A stretch of 64,000 bases of DNA from positions 1,088,001 through 1,152,000 of the forward strand of contig OZ253564.1 in the NCBI GenBank assembly GCA_965262915.1, given 5' to 3'. This DNA comes from Candidatus Spongiisociaceae bacterium (GTDB lineage: Bacteria; Actinomycetota; Acidimicrobiia; Spongiisociales; Spongiisociaceae). This document shows, one piece after another, positions 42,206 to 52,130 of this stretch (position 1 is the first letter of the stretch; the number at the start of each line of letters is the position of its first letter). Made by a program: the position numbers and the translations under genes. The notes under the pieces were generated by a model. That model was not told the origin of the DNA. It did no database searches and was given only the letters and a program-made list of their open reading frames with translations.

Positions 42206-43435
42206 CTACGCCCACAGTGTGGACACGGGCGCCGCGAGTATACGGTCACCCAGTTCGAAGGTGTCCCGGCCCGTGTGCAGCACGACACCGCCCGCGAAGC
42301 GCTCCTGCATCGTCTCGCTTAGCCACGACAGGTGGCGGGCGTCGGAACGTCCGACGCTGGCCGCGGCCTTGATCTCCACGCCGACGACCCGCCCGCCGGC
42401 CAACTCTGCGATCACGTCCACCTCTCGGCGGCCGTCGCGCTCGCGAAGGTGCGAGAGCCGGTAGCGGGTACCCGACACAGCCGATTGGGCCTGCAACTGG
42501 GCTATCACGAAGGTCTCGATCATCGCGCCGAGGAGGTCGCCGCTGGCCATGACGTCGTCGATGCCGACGCGCAGGATACCCCCGAGCAGGCCGGAGTCGA
42601 CCATGCAGCGCCTGGGCGCCCGGCTGAGGCGCTTGAGCCGGTTGGTCGACCAGGCCGGCAGCTCGTTCACGACCATCAGGTCCCGCAGCAGCGCATCGTA
42701 CGACAGGGCGGTCTTGCGGCTGATACCAGCCGCGTCGTAGACCGTCTTGTGCTGGACTACCCGTCCGGAGTTGATTGCGTAAGCCTCCAGGTAGCGCTGC
42801 AGCCGGTAGGCGTCGGGTTCGGCGCCGAGGGTGCGGGCGTCGCGCAGGGCGATCTGGTCCGCATAGCTCTCGAGCCATGCTCGGGCGGCGCGGTCGCTCA
42901 GCTTGAGCGCAGGCTCCGGATACCCGCCTCGCAGAGCAAGCTGCAGATACGAGCGAAGGTCGACCGGCGCTCCCGGGGCGCCTTCCAGCCCATCGCCCTC
43001 CGCAATGCGGTCGACGAGCGGACGCACGGGCCGATGCTGCTGCTCGGCCACAGTCAGGGGGTGCATGCGCAGCATGACGACCCGGCCCGTAAGGGGCCAG
43101 AGCCGGTCGGCCGGGTCGGTGCGGGCTGATCCGGTGATGAGGAAGCGTCCGGGCCGCCGGTCTGCGTCGATGGTCCGCTTGACGGCGCCGAGCACCTCCG
43201 GCACCATCTGCCACTCGTCGAGCAGCACAGGCTCAGCACGGCCGCGCAGCGCCGCATCGGGGCTGACGCGGAATGCGGCGGCGTCGTCGGAGTCCAAGCG
43301 GACCACACTTCTGACGAGACGGATGGCGGTCGTGGTCTTGCCACAGGCGCGCGGCCCCACGACCATGACGGCCGGGATCTCTTCGATGTACTCCTCTAGG
43401 AGCGTGTCAACGAGGCGGGAGACGTAGCCCTCCAT
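42206..43435 (-). CDS. AAA_14 ATPase with DUF4143 domain
   Basis: GPRACGKTT, LDEWQ, TGS, D.GL, EVD...EIK. Confidence 0.92.
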   Translation of the reverse strand: MEGYVSRLVDTLLEEYIEEIPAVMVVGPRACGKTTTAIRLVRSVVRLDSDDAAAFRVSPDAALRGRAEPVLLDEWQMVPEVLGAVKRTIDADRRPGRFLITGSARTDPADRLWPLTGRVVMLRMHPLTVAEQQHRPVRPLVDRIAEGDGLEGAPGAPVDLRSYLQLALRGGYPEPALKLSDRAARAWLESYADQIALRDARTLGAEPDAYRLQRYLEAYAINSGRVVQHKTVYDAAGISRKTALSYDALLRDLMVVNELPAWSTNRLKRLSRAPRRCMVDSGLLGGILRVGIDDVMASGDLLGAMIETFVIAQLQAQSAVSGTRYRLSHLRERDGRREVDVIAELAGGRVVGVEIKAAASVGRSDARHLSWLSETMQERFAGGVVLHTGRDTFELGDRILAAPVSTLWA

Positions 43436-43521
43436 GAGGGGAAATACTAGACCATCGAAACTAGTTCCCGGTTATGCACGCTACCACTTCCCGGTTTCGC
43501 ACATAATCTGATGATGCTGAT

Positions 43522-43707
43522 GCGGGTCTCTGTGGGGGTTCCGGGGTTGATGATGGCTTCGGGCGGTGCTCCGGCTTGATCTCCGAAGAGGCCTCAGGCG
43601 GGGTTACCGGAGCGTTCGCACCACAGGCTCATTGCCGGTGTCGGTCATCTGGTATTCCCCGATGATGCCGTTGACTCCTCACATTGGCCGGCGGCGGAGT
43701 CTTGGCG
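43522..43707 (-). pseudogene. Hydantoinase B fragment, copy D (highly degenerate)
   Basis: Recognisably similar to 53705-53897. Confidence 0.8.
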
Positions 43708-43725
43708 CCCCCCGATGCTGGCTGT

Positions 43726-44820
43726 CTAGGCGACTAGTAGGGGGATCAGTAGCTCATGGGGTGTGATCCCGCCGTGGTGGCCGACGTTGGAGTTGGGGAG
43801 GTATTGGGGAAGGATGATCGTTCCCGGCGGGGCTAGGAGCGCTGCGGTTGGGAACTCGCTGAGGGCCGGATGTGGGGGTCCTCCGCCTAGCCATTGGTGT
43901 AGTTGTTCGGCGCTGACGAACTGGGCGCCGGTCTGCCGAGCGATCCGGTGTACCTGTTCGAGGGGTCCGGAGAACATCAGGACGCGGCCGTCTCCCCACC
44001 ATTGCATACCGTCGGTGAGGTTCTCGTTCAGGTAGATCTTCCCATCGGGGGGGATGTCGCAGTGGCCGTGGTCGGCTGATCCGATGAGGGTGGTGTCGCG
44101 TGGTAGGGAGCGTTTGAAGTGTTCCCATGCTTGACCTGTCTGGGAGAGGGCCGTGCTGTATGCCTGCGATCGTTGCCCGGAGGCGTGAGCAGCAGTGTCT
44201 ACGGGAGTCGTGTACACAACAGCCAAGGTGCGGTTGCCGCCAGCGAACAGGTCCGGTGGGCGGATGTCGAATGGGGAGGAGTAGCCGTGGCGTTCCGCCC
44301 CACGGCAGAGCATGTCGCTCAGAGGGGTGTCCAGGAGTTCGGCGGGTTGGAAGATCACCGTTCTGACGTCGGCGGCCCCGACGCGTTCGCACAGGTTGGG
44401 GCTGGGGTGGAAACCGGCCGGGTCGCAGTCGATGGGCTGTCCCGCTGGCATGTCCACCCACTCCAGCATGTTCACAACCGTGCGGAGGTTGGGTATCCAC
44501 TGGGTGTAGCCGATCACTCCGTGCTGCATTGGTGCCAGGGCCGTGGCCACCGAGGACAGCCCGACTGTGGTGGTGGTGGGGAACGGCGCAACCAGGGCGG
44601 CTCGACGATGCCGGCGCAGGGGAGCTGCGGCGGGGTGGGTGAGTTGCTGATCCCCGAGGCCGTCGATGATCAGCAAGAGGTAGTTCCGCGTGTGGGGGAT
44701 CAACTCAGCCAGCTCGGGGCGCAGACCTCGGGTCGGGGACCGGCCGGTGAGGCGGATCTCCAACTCCGCTGCGAGATTCACCAGGTTGGCGCCGTCGTAG
44801 CAAGGTGTCGGGTTATCCAT
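43726..44820 (-). CDS. Alkaline phosphatase superfamily / nucleotide pyrophosphatase
   Basis: IDGLG, FPTTT, D..AH, SADHG, GHHGG. Confidence 0.88.
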   Translation of the reverse strand: MDNPTPCYDGANLVNLAAELEIRLTGRSPTRGLRPELAELIPHTRNYLLLIIDGLGDQQLTHPAAAPLRRHRRAALVAPFPTTTTVGLSSVATALAPMQHGVIGYTQWIPNLRTVVNMLEWVDMPAGQPIDCDPAGFHPSPNLCERVGAADVRTVIFQPAELLDTPLSDMLCRGAERHGYSSPFDIRPPDLFAGGNRTLAVVYTTPVDTAAHASGQRSQAYSTALSQTGQAWEHFKRSLPRDTTLIGSADHGHCDIPPDGKIYLNENLTDGMQWWGDGRVLMFSGPLEQVHRIARQTGAQFVSAEQLHQWLGGGPPHPALSEFPTAALLAPPGTIILPQYLPNSNVGHHGGITPHELLIPLLVA

Positions 44821-44844
44821 CGTCGACCTGGCTGGTCCAACTCC

Positions 44845-45726
44845 TCAATGTCGTGGCACGGGCTTTGATGGCAGCCCGTCCAGACCCGCGACGGCCCCGG
44901 CATGCTGAACCATGTGTGCTCCGGCTCGCACGGCCACCCGTGCCGCTTCCACAGCGCTTTTGCCCTGAGCGATGGCTGCCGCGAACGCACCGCAGAACGC
45001 GTCGCCGGCACCGGTCGTGTCCACCGGTCGATGGACCGTCCGGGCTGGAACGAAGGTCACGTCGGTGGCGGTGGCAACAACGCACCCTTCGCGACCGAGC
45101 TTGACAGCGGCGATCCGAGCGCCGGCCGCGACGTAGTCCCGGGCCGCTTGCACATGGTCCGGCCCGGCTAGGCGTTCGCTTTCCATTGCGCTGGGCAGAA
45201 AAGCGGTGCAATCAGCTAGGAGGTTGGTGTAGGCATCCGGGTTGGCGGCCGCGTCGTCTGTGTGCGGGTCGAGTGTGATCATTGACCGGGCCTCGGCTGC
45301 GACTGCGACCCATTCGGCCTGGTATGGCACGGGCATAGGTGCGATGTGCACGCATTGGTCCGGTGCGAGACCCGATGTGAAGTCGCTTGGCCTCGGGCAC
45401 GTACCTTCATACGTACCCGAACCGCGTTCCAATTCGAACGCCGTCTCCTGGGCGGCCGAGACGTAGACACGCTCGTGGATGCTCCGGACCGCCACCTCCT
45501 TCACGTCGAGCACCACCCCGCGCCGTTGCAGGTGAGCGAGAGTATCTGTACCTATGCCCCTGCCGGCACGGGTTACAAGTCCCACACGGGCTCCCGCGTA
45601 CATGGCTCCGACGCATGCGTAGGCAGCTCCACCGCCCAGCAATCCCAGAGTCCTCGGCTCACCCTCGACGTAGAGATCGTCGACCATCACCAGCCCGACG
45701 GTCCAGACGTCCGGCCGGGATTTCAC
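44845..45726 (-). CDS. PfkB family carbohydrate kinase
   Basis: GGGAAY, VKLGREG, DTTGAGDAF. Confidence 0.92.
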   Translation of the reverse strand: MKSRPDVWTVGLVMVDDLYVEGEPRTLGLLGGGAAYACVGAMYAGARVGLVTRAGRGIGTDTLAHLQRRGVVLDVKEVAVRSIHERVYVSAAQETAFELERGSGTYEGTCPRPSDFTSGLAPDQCVHIAPMPVPYQAEWVAVAAEARSMITLDPHTDDAAANPDAYTNLLADCTAFLPSAMESERLAGPDHVQAARDYVAAGARIAAVKLGREGCVVATATDVTFVPARTVHRPVDTTGAGDAFCGAFAAAIAQGKSAVEAARVAVRAGAHMVQHAGAVAGLDGLPSKPVPRH

Positions 45727-46226
45727 AAGGTGGTCTCCGGTTCGAGCCGAATCGTCTTCGCTCCGTCCTTGAGTGTTCTCTTGGCGAGCGCCTCGAGTTG
45801 ATCGAGGCTGTCCGGATCGCGTATGTAGGCGAAGGCATTGCTCGACAGGTCACCGACATAGGAGCGAACGATGCACCTTCTCCCGTAGGCGATGATGCAG
45901 GCCTTGTCAGGAGTCAGGACGAAGTCACCCTGCGACAGGTACACGGTGAGGTTCTCGGGTTGAACGAGCGGGGGGCCGTGGACGACGACCCCGTCATCCG
46001 TCACCCCATCGGATCCTGCTCCACCCTGCATCGTGTCGATCGACAACTCATCGTCGATGGGGAAGAAGACCCCTTCACCGGAACACGTGACATGCATGAG
46101 GGGTGCTTCCAGCGGGAGCACATCCCTGATAGCGGATGTGGTCCGGCTCGCGACATCGACTCTCAACACGGCCGTTGCCACGAACTCACCGTCGATGAAC
46201 ACTCGGAATCCGCTGCCAGGTGTCAT
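45723..46226 (-). CDS. DUF3830-like (cyclophilin-like fold) protein
   Basis: LPL...HVTCSGEG, ENLTVY..GD, IAYG; GTGA overlap with pfkB. Confidence 0.7.
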   Translation of the reverse strand: MTPGSGFRVFIDGEFVATAVLRVDVASRTTSAIRDVLPLEAPLMHVTCSGEGVFFPIDDELSIDTMQGGAGSDGVTDDGVVVHGPPLVQPENLTVYLSQGDFVLTPDKACIIAYGRRCIVRSYVGDLSSNAFAYIRDPDSLDQLEALAKRTLKDGAKTIRLEPETTL

Positions 46227-46408
46227 TTGTCCACGCTCTCTGCCAGGGATAGGGCGCACACGAACCGTGGGCTGGCGATCCCGCTGGTGACACGGCCACT
46301 CTCGATGCAACACCCGCTGCCGGGTTGCGACATCAACGCCTCGATGCCTCTATCCACAGCGCTCATGGATCGGTACTCTATGTAGGAATCCCAACGGATG
46401 GAGAGGCA

Positions 46409-46630
46409 ATGGGTTCTGGGGACTGGACTCACCTTGACGAGTCAGACGCTCCGGTCGATCCCGGTTTTGACTTCTCGGTGTATGACGATGCCTTCCTGTC
46501 CGCCGAACGCACGGTGCAGCAGCAGCTCGCAGCCGGGGATCCCCCGCCTACCGGGCTGGCGCCCGACGACTTGCGCGCAATGATCGATGAGATACGCGCT
46601 GAGCCCCGGAAACCGGACATAGCAGCATAG
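46409..46630 (+). CDS. Small acidic protein, putative antitoxin
   Basis: RBS ggagagg; 73 aa; 6 nt upstream of the next ORF. Confidence 0.55.
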   Translation: MGSGDWTHLDESDAPVDPGFDFSVYDDAFLSAERTVQQQLAAGDPPPTGLAPDDLRAMIDEIRAEPRKPDIAA

Positions 46631-46636
46631 GCCCGG

Positions 46637-46891
46637 ATGCCTTGGCAGATCGACAGAGCGGCGCTTGACCGCGTCTTCGACGCATGGTCGGCCAGCAAGA
46701 GTCACGAAGACCGCATCCGCCTGTTATCGGGACTGATAGACATGGCTGACTGTCCCTTGACCGAACTCCCCGGCTTCCGGTTCCCCGAACGATCTCCTAT
46801 GTGGCGGTTCACCAGAATCGGGAGTGCAGTGTTCGTCTTCTTCGTGGCCGAACCCCAGGGAGTACTCATTCCGATCGACATCCGTGAGTGA
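46637..46891 (+). CDS. Small protein, possible RelE/ParE-like toxin
   Basis: 84 aa; strand-helix-helix followed by a beta meander (WRFTRIG, VFVFFV). Confidence 0.5.
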   Translation: MPWQIDRAALDRVFDAWSASKSHEDRIRLLSGLIDMADCPLTELPGFRFPERSPMWRFTRIGSAVFVFFVAEPQGVLIPIDIRE

Positions 46892-47067
46892 GGGAGACGG
46901 GAACCCGACGCTACATCGCTACTGCCGCGGGACAGTGACCGACGTAGCTGCCACCGACCAGGGCCGGTACGCGCACGCTCGCCCTTGCCTGTTCGACCGC
47001 CTCACCCCGCATGCCGCGACAGCCGGTGCTGCCGGGCATGCGGGGAGTCAGCCTATCGCGGCTCCTG

Positions 47068-48441
47068 CTACCCGCAGTATCGGGCCAGGATCGGGTCGAG
47101 TTCGGCCACGGCCCGATCCATGGTTTCCTGCGCGTCGGCACCGAGGGCGATGTCGCTGAGAGCGGTGGTCACGACCTGCTCGTACTGGGTGAACGCCGGG
47201 GTTGGAGGGCGCGGCTGCCCGCTCTGAGCGAGCGAGTCGGCGAAGATGCTTTGCGGGTACTCGTCGAAGAACGTCTGCTGATCCAGGATGGATTGGCGGA
47301 CCGGCAGGGACTTGTAGTTGTCGGAGTACTTCTTGGACTGCTCCGGGTTCGTGGCGAACATCACGAACGCAGCAGCCTCGTCGGGATACTTCGTCTTCGC
47401 GCTGACGCCGACCGTGACGCTTCCCGTATGTGTGAAAGGCGTATTGAAGTAGGGCAGAGGCGCGATGCCCCACTCGAAGTCAGCGTTGGCTTCCAGGACT
47501 CCCGCCACGAAGGGCGGCTCCAGACCGAACGCCGCGGTTCCATCGAGAAGGGCATTCGGAATCCCGACCTTCGGAGTGATCTCCCACTCGTCGAACATTT
47601 GGGCGTAGAACTCCAGTCCCTCGATCGCCTCCGGCGTGTTCAGGTACCCGTCCACTGTGCATCCGTCTTCGGATATGGACCAGTAGGTTCTATACGCGGA
47701 CGAGTCCATGGGAGCATCCGGATCACCCATCGATCTCGCCATGATGAGGTCCCGGTACGCAAAGCCTGGCGTGCCGTCGCCGAAGGCTGACGGAGCCAGG
47801 CCCCACTCCGCGATTCCCTCGTCCTGGATCTTTCTGAAAGCCTCGACGGCTTCCTCCCATGTCCAAGCCTCCGAAAGCTCTTGCGGCGGGTCTATACCTG
47901 CAGCGTCGGTCATGTCCTTGTTGTAGAAGAGAGCCATCGCCGACTGCTCCAACCCGGGCGAGTACAACCTGCCCTGGTAGCTGTGTTCGGATCGGGTTGC
48001 GATGAGGATGTCGTTGAGGTGCTCCTCGGTGATGTAGTCATCGAGAGGCAACAGCATCCCAGCCTCCGCGTAGGACTGGGTGAACGGCCCGTCGTACAGG
48101 AGCAGATCGGGCGGATCATCCGATGTCGCGACGATGCTGATCTTCTCGTACAACTGGCCGAACGGCACCTCCTCAACCGCGATCTCCACGCAGGGTTCCA
48201 CCGCCTTGTAGTCCGCGATCGCGATGTCAAGCGTATCTCCCTGCCATCGGAGCATCCGAAGCGTTGTGACCTCGTCACACTCATCCGCGTCCGTAGCGAC
48301 GTCGGTTGCCGCGACCGTGGTCACCGCGGCTTCTTCAGGTGCCTCTGGAGCGGTCTCCTCCTCTGCTGCACACGCTGACATGACCAGCGCTAGCGTCAAC
48401 GCCCCAAACGTGGCGGCTCTCAATTTGCTCTTGCTCCCCAT
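47068..48441 (-). CDS. Sugar ABC transporter substrate-binding lipoprotein
   Basis: Lipobox MSAC, PDL, LFYNKDM, WTWEE; RBS aggagg. Confidence 0.92.
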   Translation of the reverse strand: MGSKSKLRAATFGALTLALVMSACAAEEETAPEAPEEAAVTTVAATDVATDADECDEVTTLRMLRWQGDTLDIAIADYKAVEPCVEIAVEEVPFGQLYEKISIVATSDDPPDLLLYDGPFTQSYAEAGMLLPLDDYITEEHLNDILIATRSEHSYQGRLYSPGLEQSAMALFYNKDMTDAAGIDPPQELSEAWTWEEAVEAFRKIQDEGIAEWGLAPSAFGDGTPGFAYRDLIMARSMGDPDAPMDSSAYRTYWSISEDGCTVDGYLNTPEAIEGLEFYAQMFDEWEITPKVGIPNALLDGTAAFGLEPPFVAGVLEANADFEWGIAPLPYFNTPFTHTGSVTVGVSAKTKYPDEAAAFVMFATNPEQSKKYSDNYKSLPVRQSILDQQTFFDEYPQSIFADSLAQSGQPRPPTPAFTQYEQVVTTALSDIALGADAQETMDRAVAELDPILARYCG

Positions 48442-48862
48442 GGCCCTGGACCTCCTCTTGATTCGTGCCCTGTCCACCTCACGCGGACCGTCATTGCCTG
48501 GCAATACCTCCTGTCGAGCGTGATAGCGGATCGAGGAGCCCGACGAGAGCGTTGCGATCGGCGTCCGGAGCGATCCCGCGTGGGAGTACTCAGGGAACGC
48601 AGCAACCTGTCGGATCGGCTGGGATGCCTGCCATCATCTCTCGATCAAGGATGGGGTCAACCCTAACCATGGCCCGAGATCGGTGTCCAGTGGTTTTCTT
48701 AGCAACCCGATATGCTCGGCGCAGCATTCCAGGGTGCACTGATGAGGTTACGTGGAGTAATCGAGACCGTTACTCGACCGAGCACCAGAGTCCGGCTCCT
48801 AGCACTTTCTTGCCTCGGAAGTGATAGCCTCTCGGAGAGACGTTGTCTGGTGGAGGGGGCGA

Positions 48863-49816
48863 GTGTCGGAAGATCTGATCATCGATTGCGATACGGGTTC
48901 TGACGATGCGATAGCGCTGCTCGTCGGCGCACTCCATCAAGACCTGAACCTGATCGCGGTTACCACAGTCGCCGGGAACTGTCCCGTTGATGTGACCACG
49001 CTGAACACCCTCAAGGTCCTCGAGAGTGCCGCGATTTCCGGAGTTCCCGTGTACCGGGGAGCCGACGGTCCTCTCGTCGGTCCGCCCATCGACCGCAGTG
49101 CGGGATGGCCCCAGGCTCTGGATCTGCCGGAGCCGTCGATCGCAGCCGAGCCGGTGCACGCGGTCGATTTCCTCGTCGAAACGTTGACGAGAGCGAAAAC
49201 TCCCATCACCCTTGCCGCGGTTGGCCCGCTGACCAACCTTGCCCTCGCGTTCGGTCTGCGTCCCGGAATCGTCTCGAATATCGAGCGGATCGCGATAATG
49301 GGGGGAGGTATCGGCGTCACCAACATCTCAGCCAGCGCCGAGGCCAACATCTTCTGGGATCCCGAAGCCGCCGATGTGGTGTTCCGGTCGGGTGCGCCGA
49401 TAGATTTGTTTCCGTTGGACGCCACCCACATGGCACCCGTCACCACTCGCGATGTGGCCCGCTGGGCCGAGGCCGGGACTCCGGCCGCGCTGACCGCCGC
49501 AGCGTTCCTGCCGGAACGGATCCACATGTACGAGTCCAGGATGCCCGTCGAGGCAGGCGGCGCTCCCGTGCACGATGCACTGGCTGTCGGTGCGCTGGTC
49601 GATCCGGGTCTCGTGAGGTTCGAACGGGCGAACGTCGAGATCGAGCTGCACGGGACCCTCACTCGAGGCCGTACGGTCGTCGATCTGCGACCACACACCT
49701 TCCTCGCGTCGCAACCGAAGAACGCCCGGGTGGCGGTCTGGGCGGATCGCGAGCGTTTCATCGACTTCCTCTCCCGGATATTCCATTCACAGGAGTCCGG
49801 GGACGACGACGGATGA
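48863..49816 (+). CDS. Nucleoside hydrolase (IU-NH family)
   Basis: DCDTGSDD, GPLTNLA, AEANIFWDPEAA, VHDA. Confidence 0.93.
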   Translation: MSEDLIIDCDTGSDDAIALLVGALHQDLNLIAVTTVAGNCPVDVTTLNTLKVLESAAISGVPVYRGADGPLVGPPIDRSAGWPQALDLPEPSIAAEPVHAVDFLVETLTRAKTPITLAAVGPLTNLALAFGLRPGIVSNIERIAIMGGGIGVTNISASAEANIFWDPEAADVVFRSGAPIDLFPLDATHMAPVTTRDVARWAEAGTPAALTAAAFLPERIHMYESRMPVEAGGAPVHDALAVGALVDPGLVRFERANVEIELHGTLTRGRTVVDLRPHTFLASQPKNARVAVWADRERFIDFLSRIFHSQESGDDDG

Positions 49817-49863
49817 GGTAGGCGCAGCACACAGCCACACATCCACGCCCCACTGGAGCCGAC

Positions 49864-50754
49864 ATGTCCAAGGCAAAAACGAAGGCCCGGTATTCCCGCT
49901 TCACCACCGTCGCCGGCTTCCTCGGGCCGTTCATGGTGTTGCTGGTGGTCTTCCGCCTGGTACCGATCGCCGAGGTTGCCCTGACGAGCCTGCAGCAGTT
50001 CAATCTGCTCCGCCCCGACGAGCGCCTCTTCATCGGTGTGGACAACTTCGTCAGGCTCGCGTCCGATCGCAGGTTCCTGAAGTCGATGCAGGTCAGCACC
50101 ACTTTCGTTGTCGGCATGATCGTCCTTCAGATCCCGCTGGCGTTGGCGCTGGCGCTCGCCCTGCGCGGATCGCAGCGCGGGATCCGCCGCATCCGCACGA
50201 TCGTGTTCTCTCCTGTCACGATGTCGATCGTGGTCGTGACGGCGATCTGGCGGCTGCTACTGGATCCGGCAAACGGCATATTCAACGGGGTGCTGGAACG
50301 TTTCGGTTTCGACGGTCTCGACTTCATTACCAGCACATCGCAGGCACTTCCATCACTGATGTTGATGATCATCTGGTACCAGGTGGGCTTCACGATGATC
50401 CTGTTCGTTGCCGGCCTGCAGGCCATACCCAAGGTCTATTCCGAGGCTGCCGCGGTGGACGGCGCGGGGCCGTGGCAGCGATTCCGGTTCGTAACACTTC
50501 CGCTTCTGTCGAGAACCACCGTGTTCGTGGTCGTCATAATCACGATCTTCAGCTTTCAGCAGTTCGCCCCCGCGTACGTCATGACCCGCGGCGGGCCGAG
50601 TGACAGCACGTTGTTCGTCGTGTACTACCTCTACCAGCAGGCGTTCAGCTTCTTGGATCCGGGCTACGCATCGGCGATAGCCGTCGCCTTCCTCGCCACG
50701 GTCCTGGTGGTATCCCTTCTCCAGCGACGGGTGCTCTCGAGGGGGGAGGCCTGA
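49864..50754 (+). CDS. Carbohydrate ABC permease (MalF-like)
   Basis: EAAAVDGA loop, MTRGGP. Confidence 0.93.
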   Translation: MSKAKTKARYSRFTTVAGFLGPFMVLLVVFRLVPIAEVALTSLQQFNLLRPDERLFIGVDNFVRLASDRRFLKSMQVSTTFVVGMIVLQIPLALALALALRGSQRGIRRIRTIVFSPVTMSIVVVTAIWRLLLDPANGIFNGVLERFGFDGLDFITSTSQALPSLMLMIIWYQVGFTMILFVAGLQAIPKVYSEAAAVDGAGPWQRFRFVTLPLLSRTTVFVVVIITIFSFQQFAPAYVMTRGGPSDSTLFVVYYLYQQAFSFLDPGYASAIAVAFLATVLVVSLLQRRVLSRGEA

Positions 50755-50755
50755 G

Positions 50756-51649
50756 ATGGCCGCGGTGAAGCCGGTCCGTCGACGGGAAGCGGAGCAGCCA
50801 ACGATGCGGCTGAGCGCTCCGCTACCCGGATACCTCCGTGTAGCGCTCGGTATCGCCGTTGCGCTGGTGTTCATTGCTCCGGTGTGGTGGGTGGTGGCGG
50901 CGTCGTTCAAGCCACAGTTCGCCATCTTCCGTGACGCTTCGCCGGTCACCGCCGCCACGTTCCTGCCGTTCGACGCGACCCTCGACAACTACCGGGAGGT
51001 GTTCGGCAGGCTTGGACTCGGTCGTGCTCTGATCAACTCCACTATCGTTGCCGTGTCGCAGGTGTTTCTGACGCTTGTTCTCTGCTCGACGGGGGCGTAC
51101 GCGTTCTCCCGTCTGCGATTCCCGGGGCGGCGAGTGCTGTTCGTCATCATCCTGGGAACGCTTTTGGTGCCTTTCGAGTCGATCCTCATTCCGATGTACC
51201 TGATGGCCAGCCGTCTCGGGCTTGGGGATATGTTGCCGGCGGTTTTCTTGCCGGAGATCGCAAGTGCGTTCGGTCTGTTCCTGTTGAGGCAGGCGTTCGA
51301 CGACGTCCCGCGTGACCTCGACGATGCTGCGTTCGTTGACGGAGCGTCTCACGTGCGGGTCTTCTTTGATGTCCTGCTTCCGAACATCAAGCCGGCCTTG
51401 GCGACCCTGTCGGTGATTACCTTCCTGTGGTCTTGGAACGGTTTCCTATGGCCTCTCGTGATCATCCAGCGTCCGGACCTGCAGTTGATCCAGGTGGCTT
51501 TGGCCCAGACGGTGGTTCCGGGTGAGCTGCCGAATTGGGGGGCGATCCTTGCTGGGGCAACGATCGCCACGGTCCCGGTCCTGATCCTGTTTCTTGTGCT
51601 TCAGCGATACATCGTCCAGGGATTCGCCGAGAGCGCCATGAAAGGATGA
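50756..51649 (+). CDS. Carbohydrate ABC permease (MalG-like)
   Basis: DAAFVDGA, WNGFLWPL. Confidence 0.93.
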   Translation: MAAVKPVRRREAEQPTMRLSAPLPGYLRVALGIAVALVFIAPVWWVVAASFKPQFAIFRDASPVTAATFLPFDATLDNYREVFGRLGLGRALINSTIVAVSQVFLTLVLCSTGAYAFSRLRFPGRRVLFVIILGTLLVPFESILIPMYLMASRLGLGDMLPAVFLPEIASAFGLFLLRQAFDDVPRDLDDAAFVDGASHVRVFFDVLLPNIKPALATLSVITFLWSWNGFLWPLVIIQRPDLQLIQVALAQTVVPGELPNWGAILAGATIATVPVLILFLVLQRYIVQGFAESAMKG

Positions 51650-51652
51650 CTG

Positions 51653-52048
51653 ATGAGTCGGACAGCTGTTGACGTTCCGCTCTATCCCGGGTTCGAGGGC
51701 CCGTACTCCCAGGGAGCTGCCGGCGGTGGCATCCTGTTCACCTCCGGCCAGCTTCCGTTCGACACGGAAACCGGGAGGATCGTAGGCGACTCGGTAGAGG
51801 CACAGGTGAGGACCTGCTTGGAGAATATCGAACGCATCGTCGTAGCCGGAGGTTCGGATATGGACTCGGTCATACGTTGCTGCGTGTTCGCGCGTCGCTA
51901 CAGCGACTTCCAAGGTGTGAGCCGGGCCTATGCCGATGCGTTCAACGAGCCTTACCCGGCACGAACGTTCATCACGGTGGCGGATCTGCCGGAAGGGGTC
52001 GACGTGATCATCGAAGCCGTCGCGTTCGTGCCGGAGTCGTCCGGCTGA
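51653..52048 (+). CDS. RidA/Rid family enamine deaminase
   Basis: GPYSQG, SGQLP, PART, LP.G. Confidence 0.9.
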   Translation: MSRTAVDVPLYPGFEGPYSQGAAGGGILFTSGQLPFDTETGRIVGDSVEAQVRTCLENIERIVVAGGSDMDSVIRCCVFARRYSDFQGVSRAYADAFNEPYPARTFITVADLPEGVDVIIEAVAFVPESSG

Positions 52049-52130
52049 TGCGCGGCGGTCTCGAGCACAGCGCATCTTGAGCCCGCCCTGAACCAACCCG
52101 ACCCGAGCCGATGTCTCTACCCACCCGAGG

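Noticed and set aside
43726-44820. BREX PglZ
   Set aside because: Short stand-alone phosphatase-fold protein with no other BREX genes nearby.
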